Source of the DNA: Felis catus
Taxonomy: Eukaryota
Assembly (NCBI RefSeq): GCF_018350175.1
Contig: NC_058377.1
Coordinates: forward strand, 62,000,001-62,064,000
Length of the DNA stretch: 64,000 nt
Reading direction: 5' to 3'
Positions 1 to 15,603 of the stretch are shown here, piece after piece. How positions within the stretch are numbered: position 1 is the first letter of the stretch; every line of letters starts with the position of its first letter. The notes under the pieces were generated by a model. The model did not search any database. It was not told where the DNA came from and worked only from the letters and a program-made list of their open reading frames with translations. Made by a program: the position numbers and the translations under genes.

Positions 1-2631
1 CCTACCTGGCTGGCTATTTGTGATGCAGTGTTACAGGCTTCAATGCTGGTTTTTTTGTTTGTTTTTGGGGGGGTTTGGGGTGTTTGTTCTTTTTTATTTC
101 TAGCAAATCAGTTGGTCTTAGACTTCTGCTAACAGAGGAATCAGAGCAGGGAGAAAGTGGGACATCTCGGGAGGGCTGCCCTTTCAGTAACATCAGCCTG
201 ATGGGATTCCCTCTTCCCAAACTCCAACGGCTGCCATTTTCCCAAGCCCCATCCCCTGGTACCCTCTTTTGATCCCTGTATGCCTCATTTCCCTAACCTC
301 TTTCTCATTTTCTTGCTCATTTCCTCACTCATCACTCTCATTCATTTATTCAATGTTTTTGATTGCTTTCCATGTGCCAGACCATACATTAGGTGGAGTC
401 CTAGGTGGCTGACAAGGACCTTCCCTGCCCCAGGAACCCCTTTCCTCCTGGACACCACCATGGAGCTGGACATGTGTCCATGAGTTCAGTCTCTGATGAG
501 GCTACAGCAAATACTCCAAACATCCAATCCACTGTCCAGGGTTCTCCTAAGATATGGCCAGGAAACAGTCTATTAAATGAATACTCTCCTCCTTAGCCAG
601 AACTTTTAGACCCAGACTGTCATCCCCTATCTGCCCTGAGACTTACTCCAAATGAGCTCTCGTGCCTCCTTTGGCCCAATGAAAGACAAATGAAAGGCAT
701 ATATCTTTCCCAGAGGCTTTTTGTCTTACCTACCTAGCCTTCTGGGGATTCCACTTAGAGATTGCCTTGTACACCTTTCCAGGTCAGAGGCAGTCCACAG
801 CACCCACTTGTTAGTTACAGGGGACAGACAGGCAAAGACTGTCCCCTGCCTGCCTAGTACCCTGCCTAGTAGTTCCTTTGATCAGGACAACTCCTGCCCA
901 ACTGAGGGGGAAGGAAGAGGAGGTAGAAAGGAGGCTTGAAGCCTCCTGCTTCACCTAGAGACTGAACCCAAAACCAGGGGGAGGAAGTTGCAAAGTTCAT
1001 TTCACCACTGACACCTGCTGGCCGCTAAAAGGTAAGACAGGTTGGTTAGTACAGCATCCTGGGTCCCAGGCAGAGGTTCTGTTTCTCCAAGTTCCTAAAG
1101 AACCCCCAATGCCAGGTCTCTGATGTTTAAGTACATACCACGGCCACTTTTACCATAGTGGTCCCCTCTGTTAAAGACCCGTTTCCTTGCCTTGACAAGA
1201 AGGTCACATTAATGTTTGTGTTTACACCTTCATTTTGTGATGAAACTTTAGCAGACTATTCTGCGTGTATGTGTGAGCACATGTACACAGATGTGGCCAT
1301 GTAGTGATGGATTTAAGTGTGAACACGCACTGTATGTTGGTGCATTTCTCCAGAATGTTCACTCATGTGGGGGAGGTATGGTTTGCTTGTTTGATTCATG
1401 AACTGTATCACTCTTCCCCTGGAAGGACACGGGTAATGGGCAGCATTTCTGAGTGCAAACAAGAATTTAGTGTGAGATGCCGAGGGCACCTCATGTGTGT
1501 TGTGCACAGCTCGCCTCAGTACCTTTGTCCACAATGGCTCTGTTGCTGGAATGCTCTCCCTTTTCCCATCACATTTTGGCCTACTTCATTCTTACCACTT
1601 TTAAGATGTCAGCTTAGAGCACATACTCATGGAGCCTTGCCTGTCTCCCTATACAAGAGCAAACCTGTTTGCTGTTTAACAGCTTCTGGTCCTTACAGCA
1701 CCTATCATAGTTTGTACTATATATAATAAGTATTCTTCAACTACAGTTTGAACACTCCATGCCACCAGACGATAACCTCGTGAAAGAGGATCGTGACTCT
1801 CACATTGAATTTCAAACTTCGAGCAGAATGCTGAGCGCCGGGTGAGTCCTCCATTTCTGAGCTGCAAGAAAGACAACATCCAGGGTGCTCACCAGGGACA
1901 GTACTTTGTGATCTTGGTGGGATTAGGGAATCTTGGAACTTAGCCTGAAATCCTGGGGCTCCCTATCTACTCAGGAATCAGCACCAAATCCAGAAAGTGA
2001 GAGCCACCTGTGGGATGCTCTTCAGGGGTGTTAGAAATATGAAACTGTGCCCACTTCCTGGTCAGGCTGGTGGCAGGAATGCTCTAAAGAACAAAGTACA
2101 TGGTGGCAGCTTCTACAGGACACAAAGTCTGGGGGACCTCTGGAAGGACACCAGGAAAGCTGAAGGCCTCAGCTCATTCTCCTTTGTTCTCTATGCCTCT
2201 GAATCTTTGAACTTCAAACTTTTGATCTTCCCCTCCAAGCCTCACTCCCCACCCATGCAGAGACAGCTCCTATTACCACCTTTCGTCCCATATCCCCCCC
2301 TTTACCCATAACCCACAAAGAATCAGACTCAGGCAACTGCAGACACTGGAGATTGGATGTAATTGCATCTCCAGATAGGCATAAGCAGAGTGCAGACTGG
2401 GGCCCCAAGATTGTACAGTGGCAGGCGTGGTTGGGTCACTCATAGCACCCCCACCCTGCTCCTGGCTCCAAATCTTCCTCATTGACTCTGGAACAACATT
2501 GTCTCCACAGTAAAGGGCATCATAGTGGATTTGGTTCATACTGCAGCTGCATTCAAGATCGGGGGAGTTAGGGTAGTGGCATACGGGGAAAGGGCACAGA
2601 GGAAAAGACATGGTCTGAACAACCAGGTCTC

Positions 2632-4596
<1,965 letters not shown>

Positions 4597-5021
4597 GGTA
4601 GGCAGCAGGAGGCCCAGGTCTGTGGGGACACAGCTGGGGGGTGGGGATGGGGTACCAACATCATCCTTTCAAGCAGTGGTGAAAGTAGGAAAGGTAAGCA
4701 GGAAGAGGGCTTGGAGTCTCAGGGTAAAAGCACAGGAAGGTCTGCATGGAAGGGTCAATGAGGTCCTCAGGATGGGATGGTTATGGAGGATTATGGGTCT
4801 GAGAGGTGTTGGGGTTGGGAGAGGAGACCAAATGCCCTGAGAAAGAGGTCTATTGATGAGTGACAGGCAAAGTCAGGAAGAAGGGTTTGGGTCAGGGCAT
4901 ACATACCAATCAGCTGTGGCCCCGTCCTTCCTCTTATACAGGGCTCCAAACCGCCCTCATCTTGCTAACAGCCACCCCTGAAGCCTTCTGGGCCGGAACC
5001 CACTCCATCAGGAGACCTCTG

Positions 5022-5041
5022 TGACCTCAGCACTGACATCA
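5022..5041. promoter_or_regulatory. Two CRE-like octamers (TGACCTCA, TGACATCA) upstream of UBQLN3
   Basis: Each is one mismatch from TGACGTCA and lies ~115-135 bp upstream of a candidate non-coding-exon donor (TTG|gtatgt at 4906). TGATGTCA also occurs upstream of UBQLNL (10837-10844). Confidence 0.3.
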
Positions 5042-5499
5042 CAGCCTCACACAATGGATTCTGGAGACCTCTCCAAGGTGCTCTGTATCCCCAGGAACTC
5101 CAAACCACCCCCTCCACCTTTACCTCTTCTATTTCCTTTCTCTTGATTGGCTTCTTCATAGGGAGGGGCCTGGGCTGACCCTTCCATCTCAGGCCAAGAA
5201 TCCTACTTCCACACAACCTGTAGGTAGTGTGTGGAGCCTCAGCTCTGGATTAGGCAATTAGGAAAGGCTTAGCCCCCTATGTCACTGTTAAGACCAAATT
5301 CAGCTGCACCCTGAATTGGTCTTCTTGGCATTCGATGTTTCTGTATTCTCTTTGATTCATAAGCCATTAATTTTTTATATATTTTCAGAATGTTGACTTT
5401 CTGATGGGCAGGATCTAGAGCATGAGAGAGGGTCCAAAAATGACATGAAGTTTTTATTTTACTTCTAAAAAGATTATTGTTATTCCCCAGAATAACTTA

Positions 5500-6540
5500 A
5501 AGAATGAATTGGCTATTTACCAAGATGTAAAAAAAAAAAAAAAGACCGGGGAATAAAGTTGTTAAACAGAAAATCCAGAGTTCATTGTCACATACATTCA
5601 AGATGTCTTATACCCAAATGGACATGAAGGGAGAGAGTTCATTATTGGGAGTCCACAGTTATCCAGCACTGACTATTTAGAGCCATAAGGTTAGTGAGTA
5701 TAGGAACAAGATAGAAGTAAAAAGACCAAGGCATGGGCACTACATATTTTCAAATATGGAATATTAGATGTGTTCTACAAAAGAAATTGAGAAGAAATAA
5801 AACATCAAGTCAGAAAAAGGAGAGAAGGAGAGAAAGCAAATGAAGAAGAGTTTCAAAACGGAGAGAGTGACAGTGTCAGATGATGCCAGTAGGTCAGGAA
5901 GATAAAGGAAGAGAACTGACCTCTGGATTTGACCAAAAAAAAGGGGGGGGGACCATGATGAGCCCAGTTTGGAAGAGTGGAGGGGGCACTGACTGGAGGG
6001 GTTTCAAAGCAAGTGGGTTGGAAAGGAAATGGATTAAATAAGAGTATTACAGGTAAGAGAATGGGTATGATGGCTGTGTGGACTTTGTGGGGATAAAGAC
6101 ATTTTTGTTTTGCTTTTTCTTAAACTGAGAATGTTACAGCATGCTTTTATTCTGGTGGATATAACACAATGAGGGAAAAATGACACAGAAGGAAGAGAAG
6201 ATGATTGAAAAAGTCAGCTGTTGAGTAAATGGATTGGAGAGGTTGGGATCAGTGCCCAAAGGGAGAGCTTGATTTGGGTCCACAGACAATTTATGCATTA
6301 CAACAGGATGGAGCAGAGAACATGCAGGCTGTCAGTGGAGAGCCAGATCTCAGTCATGGTGAAAAGGTGGGGATCATTTAGAGAAAAGGTTGTAGATACA
6401 GTAGGGTTTGCTGTTGCTAAATTATGAGTTCTAAATGGTAGGGTGGAAAAGTGTGGGGAATCGATGACCGGTGGAAAATTGGGTCAGCTGAGGGATTTTC
6501 AGAGCATAGTGGGCCAAGAATCAGAAAGACGACTCAAACA
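5500..6540 (-). mobile_element. Ancient L2 fragment
   Basis: Purine-rich strand whose reverse complement contains an L2 RT-like stretch (tcctgacctactggcatcatctgacactg). Boundaries approximate. Confidence 0.5.
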
Positions 6541-7048
6541 ACTTGGGTTTTTCATGTAACCTGAGGCAAACAGGGTATAAAGCTTAATCAGACTAATTGA
6601 TGGGATGGAGGCATCTTAATGGGAAAGTAGAAAATCCATTTTGGTGGTCATGTCTTTCTTGAGACCGATCTTTTTCCTAGTTTGAAGGGGAAGAGTGGGA
6701 TTCTGGTAGATCCACAGGAGTACTTGGAGTTTTGTGGGCTCTCCTTCACTCTCGCTGATGGCAGAGACAGGGCTGGAGGAAGGTGGTCTGTGAGGAGCAC
6801 ACGGAATTCTGTGGTGACCCTTTGCAGACCACAATATGAATACATGTCACCATCTCCACTGCTCCAGACTCTACCATCTCCCACCTGCTCCACTGCAAGG
6901 GAGCTGCACCAGCGCTCCCACTTCTACTTGGACCTCTACCATGGTCTTTCTGCGCTCGGCAGCCGGAGAATCCACTGAAACACCTCCATTATTTGGTCAA
7001 AATCCAGCAGTGATTTTCCGCTGCGTTCATAGTAAAATCCAGAGTCCT

Positions 7049-7277
7049 GGGGCGCCTGAGTGGCTCAGTGGGTTAAGCGGCCGACTTCGGCTCAGGTCAC
7101 GATCTCATGGTCCGTGAGTTCGAGCCCCACGTCGGGCTCTGTGCTGACAGCTCAGAGCCTGAAGCCTGCTTCAGATTCTGTGTCTCCCTCTCTCTCTGCC
7201 CCTCCCCTGTTCATGCTCTGTCTCTCCCTGTCTCAAAAATAAAAATAAAAACGTTAAAAAAAATTAAAAAAAAAATT
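7049..7277 (+). mobile_element. CAN-SINE (SINEC_Fc)
   Basis: tRNA-derived head, CT-rich segment, A tail; TSD aaatccagagtcct at 7035-7048 and 7278-7291. Confidence 0.95.
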
Positions 7278-8647
7278 AAATCCAGAGTCCTTACCAGACC
7301 TACAAGGCTCTTCCTGATTTCTCTGATGTCCTGTTTTCCCTCCCACTGTTTTATTCACTCCACTCTAGCTACATCATCTCCTTGTTATTCTTCAAACACA
7401 TCAAGAATATTCCCACCTCACATTTTTATCCTAAGTCGTCCTCTCTGTCTGGAACATACTTCTCCCAAGGGAGTGCATGTTCATTTCTCCCAATCCCTTC
7501 TGGTTTCTGCTCTACTCTTGCCCTTCCAGAGAGGCCTTCCTGGATTGCCCTCTATGTAAGACCTTATCCTGCTTTATTTTTCTTCATAGCACTTATTCAA
7601 AAGTTAGGTAAAGTACTGTCTTATCCCACAGAAGTAAACCCCATAAATAAAGGAACTTTATTTGGTCACTGCTATTTCTTCAATACCTAAAACAACATTT
7701 AACTTATTAAATGATTGAATAATTGCCACAAGTGTTTACATGCCAATTGGCTAGGATGCTCTTGGTGAGGCCAGGAGAGGGGGAGATAGGACCTTGGCTA
7801 AGTACAGAGAACTCAAGTTATGAGCATTAGATATGCTGAAGGACATGATATTCTTGGAAGGTACCATGTCCCCTTGAGGCTGTGTTTTGGTGATGGCAAT
7901 ATACAGTGAGGGTAAGCAGCTGTACCTCTCTAAGTTAAAGAGACAATGGTAACAGTCCAGAAAAGTCCTATGATTGTGACAATTAGTAAGAAATTCCTGG
8001 GAGGATAAATACTTACCAAGACCTGGATGAAATGTGGACTTATCCTACTCTGACCCACCAGGCCATTCTTCTCCCACCTTCAGACTTGAACAATTTGACT
8101 TGAAAACTTGAGGAAGTCTTTATGACTGAATATCTGTGTCTATCTATAGTATTTTTCCCTTTTTGTTATGACTGTCTTCCTCTACACGTGGGTCAGTGTA
8201 GTGTTTTTAGGTATTTGTGTGTTGCTGCACATGCCCATGGCTGTCTGTGCAGTGTGTTGAATGTGTGTGCCTTTATATGTAAATCTTTGGCCATGTGACC
8301 TTGTGTATGTGTGCACACACCTGTCTGGGGCTACATATACACGTTCTTGGGTATGAGAGTATGGTATGATATCTGTGCTTTATATGCATGGTGTGTGTGT
8401 GTGTGTATGCGTGCTCATGTCTGCATCATGAGACAGGGATATCACACACAGACGGTGGCTTTTCTTGCAAGAGAAACAAAGCCAAACCTCAGATGGGGGC
8501 ATGTGGGAGTAGCCATTTTACTGACAGATCTTTTACCCATGGCCAATGCTTCCTGGCTGGAAGCATTGGAAGAGGTGGAAGGGGCAGATGATGTAGTCAA
8601 ATGGGTCAGCAGGCAGGTAACAAGAAGCACAGAAGTAGGCATGGCGG

Positions 8648-10492
8648 TTAGAATCCCTGGGATCTCTTGAGCTTGCGAATAGCAGCACCGGTGTCCCCCT
8701 CAGTAGCGATGAGTGCCTGCAGATTGGCATGGTGGTTCCCAAATCCCATGGCCTGGAGAGATTCTATTTGCTGGCTGAAACGAATCTCAGGGGCTTGTGG
8801 AAGGTGGGAAGAGTCTCCAGCTAAGGATTGTAGCCTCTGCCGGGCTGCTCCGGATTTGTGGCAGCACTCAGGACCTTTGGGTTCAGCCATATCTGGCACA
8901 TCCCAGGCCCAGGGCACTGTGTCAGGGTAGCTGCAGCTGGGTGAAGGAAGCCAACCCAGGCCCCATAGATAGGGTGCAACCCAGGGTAGAAGAACAGGAG
9001 CCTCTGTGGCCAACAGCTGCAGACCCTGCTCAATATGCAATATTGCTTGTGATGCTTTAGGGTTGGCTAGGGCCAGAAGCATGTCGGAAAGCTGTGTCTG
9101 CTGCAGGAATGTGGGCAGCTGCTGCCTACACTGTTCACTCAGCTGGGGCATAGTTATGAACAACATCATCTGGGCTGCCAAGTAGGGGTTTTTCAAAAGC
9201 AACTGCACCATGCTTCCTGTGATCTGAGAGCTGCTCTGCTCATCCGACAGCTGGGGATCATCCTTTAATTTCTGGTCAGAGCTATCTCGAGAGGTGGTGG
9301 CATCTTTGTCCTCTGCCTGGGGCTGCTGGGTAAGCTCTATGCTAGGTAAGGCTGGTACACCAGCCGGCTGCTGAATGGCCCAGTTATGACTCCGGTCTTT
9401 GGTGGAGATAGTGGTAGTACTGGCACTGGAAGTATGGTTCACCTTGTCAGGGACAACATTGGCTGAGGTGATGGAGGATAAACCACAGGAACTAGTATAG
9501 ATGACTCGGGTTGTAGGGAGCTGTGGGAGCTGGTCCCTCCGTTCCTGGGGTTGTGGTGGAGACAGGGGTGAGGACTGAACTGGTTCTAAAACATGTCCTT
9601 CCAGGAGAGGTGTGAAAGGGTTGCCCCCAAAGGGATCTTGCAAGCTGTTGAGCATGTGGTCATTGCAATCAGCATAACTCCGGCCCAGGGGATTGTCCCC
9701 ACCTGGCATTGTCTCCAAACCCGGGTATGACTGTGGGTTTAGTGGATGCTCAAGATTCTGTTCAGGTTGCTGGATCTGCATTATCTCCTGAATCATGGCA
9801 AGGTTTCTGGCCAGCTCCAGAGTCTGCCATAGGATCTCAGAATTGTCAAGGAGGTTGGAGACTTCTGGGTTCTGCTGTATCAACTGTTGCAAGTCTGGGT
9901 GTTCTGAGATGAACTGTCTCATGGGGGCCATGTTGGACAGGAGCTGCTGGATGCTAGGATTCTGTAGCATCTGTGCTATGCAATCTGGATATCCCACTTC
10001 CAGATCCTGGGTATGCACTTTGGGTGCATCAGGCTCCACAGGGAGGGCCGATTCCACTGGGGTGTGACTCACACTGGCAAGTTGGTGTACCCCACTGCTA
10101 TTTCCTTTGGTGTTTCTGTCCCGGTGGCAGGGATCTTTGGTCAGCAGGTTCTGGGAGGAATGGGCTAGGGATCTGGACCTATGTTTGGACTTGATGACCA
10201 AATGAATGGTGTGGCTGTCTCGGATGCCCCTCTGTCTCAGTGTGTCATGGTCTTTAAGAAGGCGGCCCCTGAAAACCAGCACTAGTTGGTCCATTTGACA
10301 CTCAAAGTGAGCAGATAGCTTCTCCTTGAACTGCCTCACAGAGGTGTTGTCCGCTATCATAAAGTCTTCCCCCTTGCCTGCTGTCTTCACTATCACTCGG
10401 GTGACACTAGGAGAGATGTTCTCATTTGTAGGCAAACCTGAAGGACGCCCACTCTGGGCCATCTTGGGTGTCTGAGAGATGACATGCAGCAT
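8648..10492 (-). CDS. UBQLNL: Ubiquilin-like protein, 614 aa from first ATG, with UBL and C-terminal UBA
   Basis: The ORF-track start at 10558 is a non-ATG codon; the first ATG at 10492 gives [15 protein letters not shown]..., resembling the UBQLNL N-terminus. UBL ([24 protein letters not shown]), DPFGGNPF motif, UBA ([34 protein letters not shown]). Confidence 0.95.
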   Translation of the reverse strand: MLHVISQTPKMAQSGRPSGLPTNENISPSVTRVIVKTAGKGEDFMIADNTSVRQFKEKLSAHFECQMDQLVLVFRGRLLKDHDTLRQRGIRDSHTIHLVIKSKHRSRSLAHSSQNLLTKDPCHRDRNTKGNSSGVHQLASVSHTPVESALPVEPDAPKVHTQDLEVGYPDCIAQMLQNPSIQQLLSNMAPMRQFISEHPDLQQLIQQNPEVSNLLDNSEILWQTLELARNLAMIQEIMQIQQPEQNLEHPLNPQSYPGLETMPGGDNPLGRSYADCNDHMLNSLQDPFGGNPFTPLLEGHVLEPVQSSPLSPPQPQERRDQLPQLPTTRVIYTSSCGLSSITSANVVPDKVNHTSSASTTTISTKDRSHNWAIQQPAGVPALPSIELTQQPQAEDKDATTSRDSSDQKLKDDPQLSDEQSSSQITGSMVQLLLKNPYLAAQMMLFITMPQLSEQCRQQLPTFLQQTQLSDMLLALANPKASQAILHIEQGLQLLATEAPVLLPWVAPYLWGLGWLPSPSCSYPDTVPWAWDVPDMAEPKGPECCHKSGAARQRLQSLAGDSSHLPQAPEIRFSQQIESLQAMGFGNHHANLQALIATEGDTGAAIRKLKRSQGF

Positions 10493-12107
10493 GGACCTTA
10501 GTGGGAGGACAGATGGTGAGGAGGTGGAAGCTGGGGCAGAAGGGGTGAGGGCAGACAAATGTTTCCACTGGCCTTCGTCTCAGGTGTCGTGTTCTCAGGC
10601 CAAAGGCTGGTTTCCTTGATGCCCAAAAAGGGATGAGTGATGAGACTGGGGCCAGGTATTTTACGATGTTATACCCCCCACCCCAGGTCTCCAGATGTGG
10701 CCCAGCTGAGGCCTGTGGTGGCTACTGATTCATACTTAGTACAAGGTGGGCTAAGTAAAGATGACTCCACCCAGGGATGCCCCTCCCTTTTGCCCCACCC
10801 ACAGATACCACAACCTCTCAAAAAAAAGGGATATTGTGATGTCAACTCTAGTCTCACAGCCTTTCCAAGGACTAGCTAGGGCAATAAGACATATTTGTGT
10901 GGGGGTGGGAGACACCGGGTCTCCATAATAAAATTAAAAAGGTCATTTTCCAGAAAACAGGGGACAAAGTTCTTAGGATGGAACTATTAAAAAAAGGAGG
11001 GGGGGAGACCAGATTGCTTATGTGGGATATGTTTCTCTGTGGTCCTGTGTGGGGGTCCCTGTTGGGATGATAGGCTTGTTATAATGGAAAGTTGAGTTTG
11101 TTGAAGCCATAGATAAAACTACATACCTGTAAGAATGGAATCTTTCCTGTAGGAAAGATCTTCTCACTTTTGTTAGTGATCTTGAAAAAGTGAGGCCTTA
11201 CAAAGAAAAATGGAGCAAGAACAAAGTTCACAAGGGGTAGAGGAGGTCATGTGTTTCTCTGCCTCTAGGCTTAGGGATTCTGCACTTAATTGAGAGTGCT
11301 CCCACGTGGGGAAAGATTTCTTCTATTCTAGAAGCAGGAGCGGGGCTCATTGGGGAGGTTTTCTGAGGGCCATTTAAAATTAAAGGTGAGTTAGCCCTTC
11401 CTTGCAAAGTATTTTTTATTCATCTCTCACTTGGTCTTTTCTATGGTCTTTTCTATGTCATTATAGCAGAACTTTTAAAAAGATTTGTTTCAATGTCTTA
11501 GCCCAATCTTTGGTGCCCACCTTTGTGTCAAAGCATTAGGGGGAGAGATGCCTGTAAATCAAGAGGTGATGGGGGTGGTGATTCATAGTGAAATTCCTAA
11601 CAGGGCAACTAGAACAGATTCTCAGTTCCATGCACCTGTAGGGGATGGTGTTTGATCTTTATTTGGGTAGCACATGAATTTTCTAATAGATATGTTAAAA
11701 TATACATTTATGTCTATGTAGATGGAATATTGTATACATGTCTGATTGGATGTATATTTGCGAATGTATATACATATGGGGAAGTATAAGCATGAGACTG
11801 GGTGTATAAAGTATTCTGGTATCCTTCATGGGACTGTGAAGACTTTGGGGTCTGAAATCTTGAACATTCCATCCCATTGCATGGAAAAGAAGTGAACCAT
11901 GCAGATAGATAAGTAATAGGTGGAGTGTCTGATGCTCAGCCATTAGTTGCTCACTTCCTAGAATGGAACTCAAGCCTAAACCCCTCTCCTAGTTGCACTC
12001 AGAGTGAGTTTGATTCAGGACAGTGAAACATTGATTTTCACACCAACATGCTGCACTTTTCTCGCCAGCTACCCTGCAAGAGGTTGAAGATAAGAAAGGG
12101 GGTCTCT

Positions 12108-12444
12108 TTTGTAGCAACATGGATGGAACTGGAGAGTGTTAGTCTTAGTGGAATAAGTCATATAGAGAAAGACAGATACCATATGTTTTCGCTCTTATGT
12201 GGATCCTGAGAAACTTAACAGAAGACCATGGGAGAGGGGAAGGGGAAAAAAGTTACAGAGAGGGAAAGAGGTAAACTATAAGAGATTCTTAAAAACTGAG
12301 AATAAACTGAGGGTTGATGGGGGTGGGAGGGAGGGGAAAGTGGCTGATGGGCATTGAGGAGAGCACCTGTTGGGATGAGCACTGGGTGTTGTATGGAAGC
12401 CAATTTGACAACAAATTTCATATTAAAAAAAATCTTAAAAAAAA
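12108..12444 (+). mobile_element. 5'-truncated felid L1 3' end
   Basis: tttgtagcaacatggatggaactggagagt...aatttcatattaaaaaaa; imperfect TSD aagaaagggggtctct (12092-12107) / aagaaaggggacctct (12445-12460). Confidence 0.9.
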
Positions 12445-12922
12445 AAGAAAGGGGACCTCTACATACTATTCTAATGACAAGCTGTTTGGGGTCTTCTGCA
12501 CTGGTACCAGATGCTCTCAACCTAAGACTTACCATTCTAAGCCTAATTCACAGAATTTTATAATTGTAGGAGTTGGATTCACAGTTTTCAAAGCACAGAA
12601 TAGGAGATTTGTTTTACAAATTGGAGTGCAGCTCTTAGAATTGTAGATTTCTAGTAAAGAGGTGTCTTGTTAGGGTTGGTGCTTGTTTCCCAATCAAACC
12701 CCAATCAAATCCACCTAGACCATTACTAAAAAGAACTTTAATGTGATTGAGTCATTAGTCATACAGAATTGTCAATTATAAAGAGTGATCAATCATAAAA
12801 ATATAATCAACACTTCTCAATCAGTAGGACTGATGACCATTTGTGGGGGGGTGTGGGGAGTGATCCATCTGGAGGGTGAGGAGGAGGACATATGCTTCTC
12901 CCAATACTCTGCCCCAGGGGTC

Positions 12923-13646
12923 TCAGGGACTAGATGTTTTTTGGGGTTTGACAGGCTTTGGTGCAATAGGAAACCAAGAGAACTTTTCAGCTGGCAGTTT
13001 TGATGGCTTATGCTTCAGCATCTGGAAGCTGAGATCATAATTGATCAGATAGCCATCATTGTAGACATAGAGCTTGTGATCCAAGGGGGAGTAATTGATA
13101 CCATGCAGTGTTTCCAGCATCTTATCCAGCAGGATGCTGAGATGGCGCTCCCGCCCAGTGTTGGTATCAAAAGCATAGAAGATCTCTTCCTGGTGGGTGC
13201 TCCGTGGGCGTAGGGCATACAGCACTCCACAGGCCATGAAGGCTCCTGACATGGCTGGCTTGTACTGGTTGGTTTGCCAGGTTTTCTCCACTTCTAAGGT
13301 GCTGGTATTGAGGCGGCTTATAACCATGTTTCCCTTGCTCTCCTCGGTGGCATAGAGCACCCACAGTCCCTTCTCATCACCAGCAAAATCTAAGTCTTTC
13401 CAGGGCACACCAGCATAAGAGAAGCGGTTGTTGTAGGTGGCGCTGGGCAATGGGCGTCGTAGCACCAGGGTGTTGGAGGAAAGATTCAGCTTGGCAATGT
13501 CACGTGTGCCATAGTAGTTGAAGTACATGAAGTTTTCGTACACGGTGTTACCACTGCCATCACCATAGCCAAATGACCTCTTCTCATAGTTCTTCATCAA
13601 TACCAGGTCATCATAGGACTTGTACATCTGGTAGTAGTCAAAGTAC
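12923..13646 (-). CDS. OLFM5: OLFM5 terminal coding exon (olfactomedin beta-propeller)
   Basis: ggcttggcctag|G TAC TTT GAC; open to TGA at 12923. Motifs GSGNTVY, LPSATYNNRFSY, DLDFAGDEKGLWVLY, GAFMACGVLY, INYSPLDHKLYVYNDG. Candidate poly(A) signal ATTAAA at 12737-12742. Confidence 0.93.
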
Positions 13647-14259
13647 CTAGGCCAAGCCCCACACCAGAATTATCAGGGTTCACAATGCTAATAAAAATGA
13701 GCAGGCTAGTGTTCAAATTAATAGTTGGAACTTTGGAATCATACAGAACTGATTGGTAATCTCTCTTCTGCTTATAACATACTGTGACAAAAAATAACTG
13801 TAAAAAATCAGTAATAGCAATAACATTAACATCAAATGCAACAATGTCTCATGGACACTGTGCGTGCATTATCTCATTTAATTATAGTGAAAGTACCATA
13901 AAGTAGGTTTTATCCCCACAGATTTGAAGACTGGGTCTCAGAAAGACTAAGTAATTTGCTCAAAGTCCCTCAGCTCATAATTAAAATCCATTAAAAGAAA
14001 AAAAAGATTCTATCTCATTGATTGTCGGGACTGACCGAAATAATGCAAATAAAACAATTAGAATATTTATCTCAAAGTAAGCAATCAACAAGTGATGGTT
14101 ATTATTCTTTTCTTCTTTATGGATGCTCTTCTTTATGGATGGCCCCTCCACCCGTCCCTGAGACAATGTCCTGTGGTAGATCATGGTTCTGGAGCTGGAT
14201 TTGGAGAGATTTATGCTCATTGAGGTCACTTTGGAAACTCCTTTAAATTATCCCTGAAT

Positions 14260-14492
14260 GAGGTGCCTGAGTGGGTCAGTCAGTTAAGTGTCTGACTCTT
14301 GATCTCAGCTCAGGTCATTTTCTCATGGTTTGTGAGTTTGAGCCCTACATCAGGCTCTGCGTTGACAGCTCAGAGCCTGCTTGGGATTCTCTGTCTCCTT
14401 CTCTCTCTGCCCCTTCCCTGCTTGCACACTGTCTCTCTCCATCTCTCAAAATAAATAAATAAACTTTTACAAATAAATAAATAAATAAATAA
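14260..14492 (+). mobile_element. CAN-SINE in OLFM5 intron 6
   Basis: gaggtgcctgagtgggtcagtcagttaag...ctctcaaaataaataaa; degenerate TSD ending cctgaat. Confidence 0.9.
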
Positions 14493-15443
14493 ATAATTCC
14501 TGAATGATGAGTGTTGTCACTGCTTGGCCTTGGTCAGTAAGTCTTCCTTTACCACAGAGATTTGGAGAAGATTTAAAAAGCAAAGACACATAAATTGTGC
14601 TTCATATGCTGCAAATGCCTATAGGAATTGGGAGCAATATTATCAGTAACACTAATCTTTCTGAGATGAGCTTCCACTGAGCTCTTCAATGACAGGTTTA
14701 AGCCACGTTCATCCTTCCCTCCTGTGGTGTCCTACTCAGTTGGATCTTTGTCATATTCCTATATAGACTACCGTTAAACACCCTGCTTGTGAGTTGCATC
14801 TAGCTTCCTAACCAGGCTGCCAGTTTATTTAAGGGCTCATTCATTTACTCTTTGATTCAATTAGCTATCCTTTCATCTAAAACAAACAAACAAACATTTA
14901 TCAACACCGACAATGCTGTCCACACTTTTTTTTATAAAATCTCATGTGATATTCTCTAATTTAACTATCCGCACTTTCCAGATGGCTAGAATGGGTCTGA
15001 GACATTCATGTACTTCTCCAAGTTCACTTATCTTATGTGGCAGTACTCAGATTCAAACTCAACCCTGTCTGAGTCCAAGTCCCAAGTAAAGTCAAGTTCA
15101 TCTTCTAAATTTCTTCTGAGAAGAACCTAGGATTCTGAAGCCCAGGTAGAGAACAGTTTGTTCTTGAGATAAGATCAGACTACCAATAGAACCAGTTTGG
15201 ATTACAATGGGTTTAGAAATTTCAGACAGCAGGTTCAAGCAGGAGCTCACAGCCATCTGTGGCATTCTTAATCATGAGAGGAGCTCTAGAAGGTGACCTG
15301 TCAGACCTAGGTTAAGTTTGTCCAGGGGCATACCTAAAACAGAGAGAGGAAGTTGTGCTGGGGCCATAAAGAATCCCGTTAGGGTAGGATCGCAAACATT
15401 TGGAATGAACCTGGGTACAAAAGAGAAACCATCCTGAACTTAC

Positions 15444-15603
15444 CTGTTGTCTGTAGTCATAGGGGCCACCCAGTAGAGGGAAGAGTCTGGATTGGGTGCT
15501 GAGTCTCGACCCCAGGTACCTGCCTTGTGTGCAAAGCCTCTCCAATTGAGTTGCACCACAAAGGGTCTGCTGACTTTCTGGAGGCCTCCATGGTCACAAG
15601 AGC
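15444..15603 (-). CDS. OLFM5: OLFM5 coding exon 6 (start of olfactomedin domain)
   Basis: ctctcttctccag|GC ... AG|gtaagt; 160 nt, phase 1-2; (G)[52 protein letters not shown](R) matches OLFM4 [27 protein letters not shown]. Confidence 0.92.

Noticed and set aside
4933-4938. TATA box (TATAAG) for UBQLN3
   Set aside because: Would place the TSS almost on the candidate splice donor at 4906, leaving no first exon; unsupported.
7049-7130. tRNA-like sequence at SINE heads
   Set aside because: tRNA-derived A/B boxes of CAN-SINEs, not tRNA genes.
10493-10558. 22-aa N-terminal extension of UBQLNL
   Set aside because: TTG start in the ORF track; similarity to UBQLNL begins at ATG 10492.
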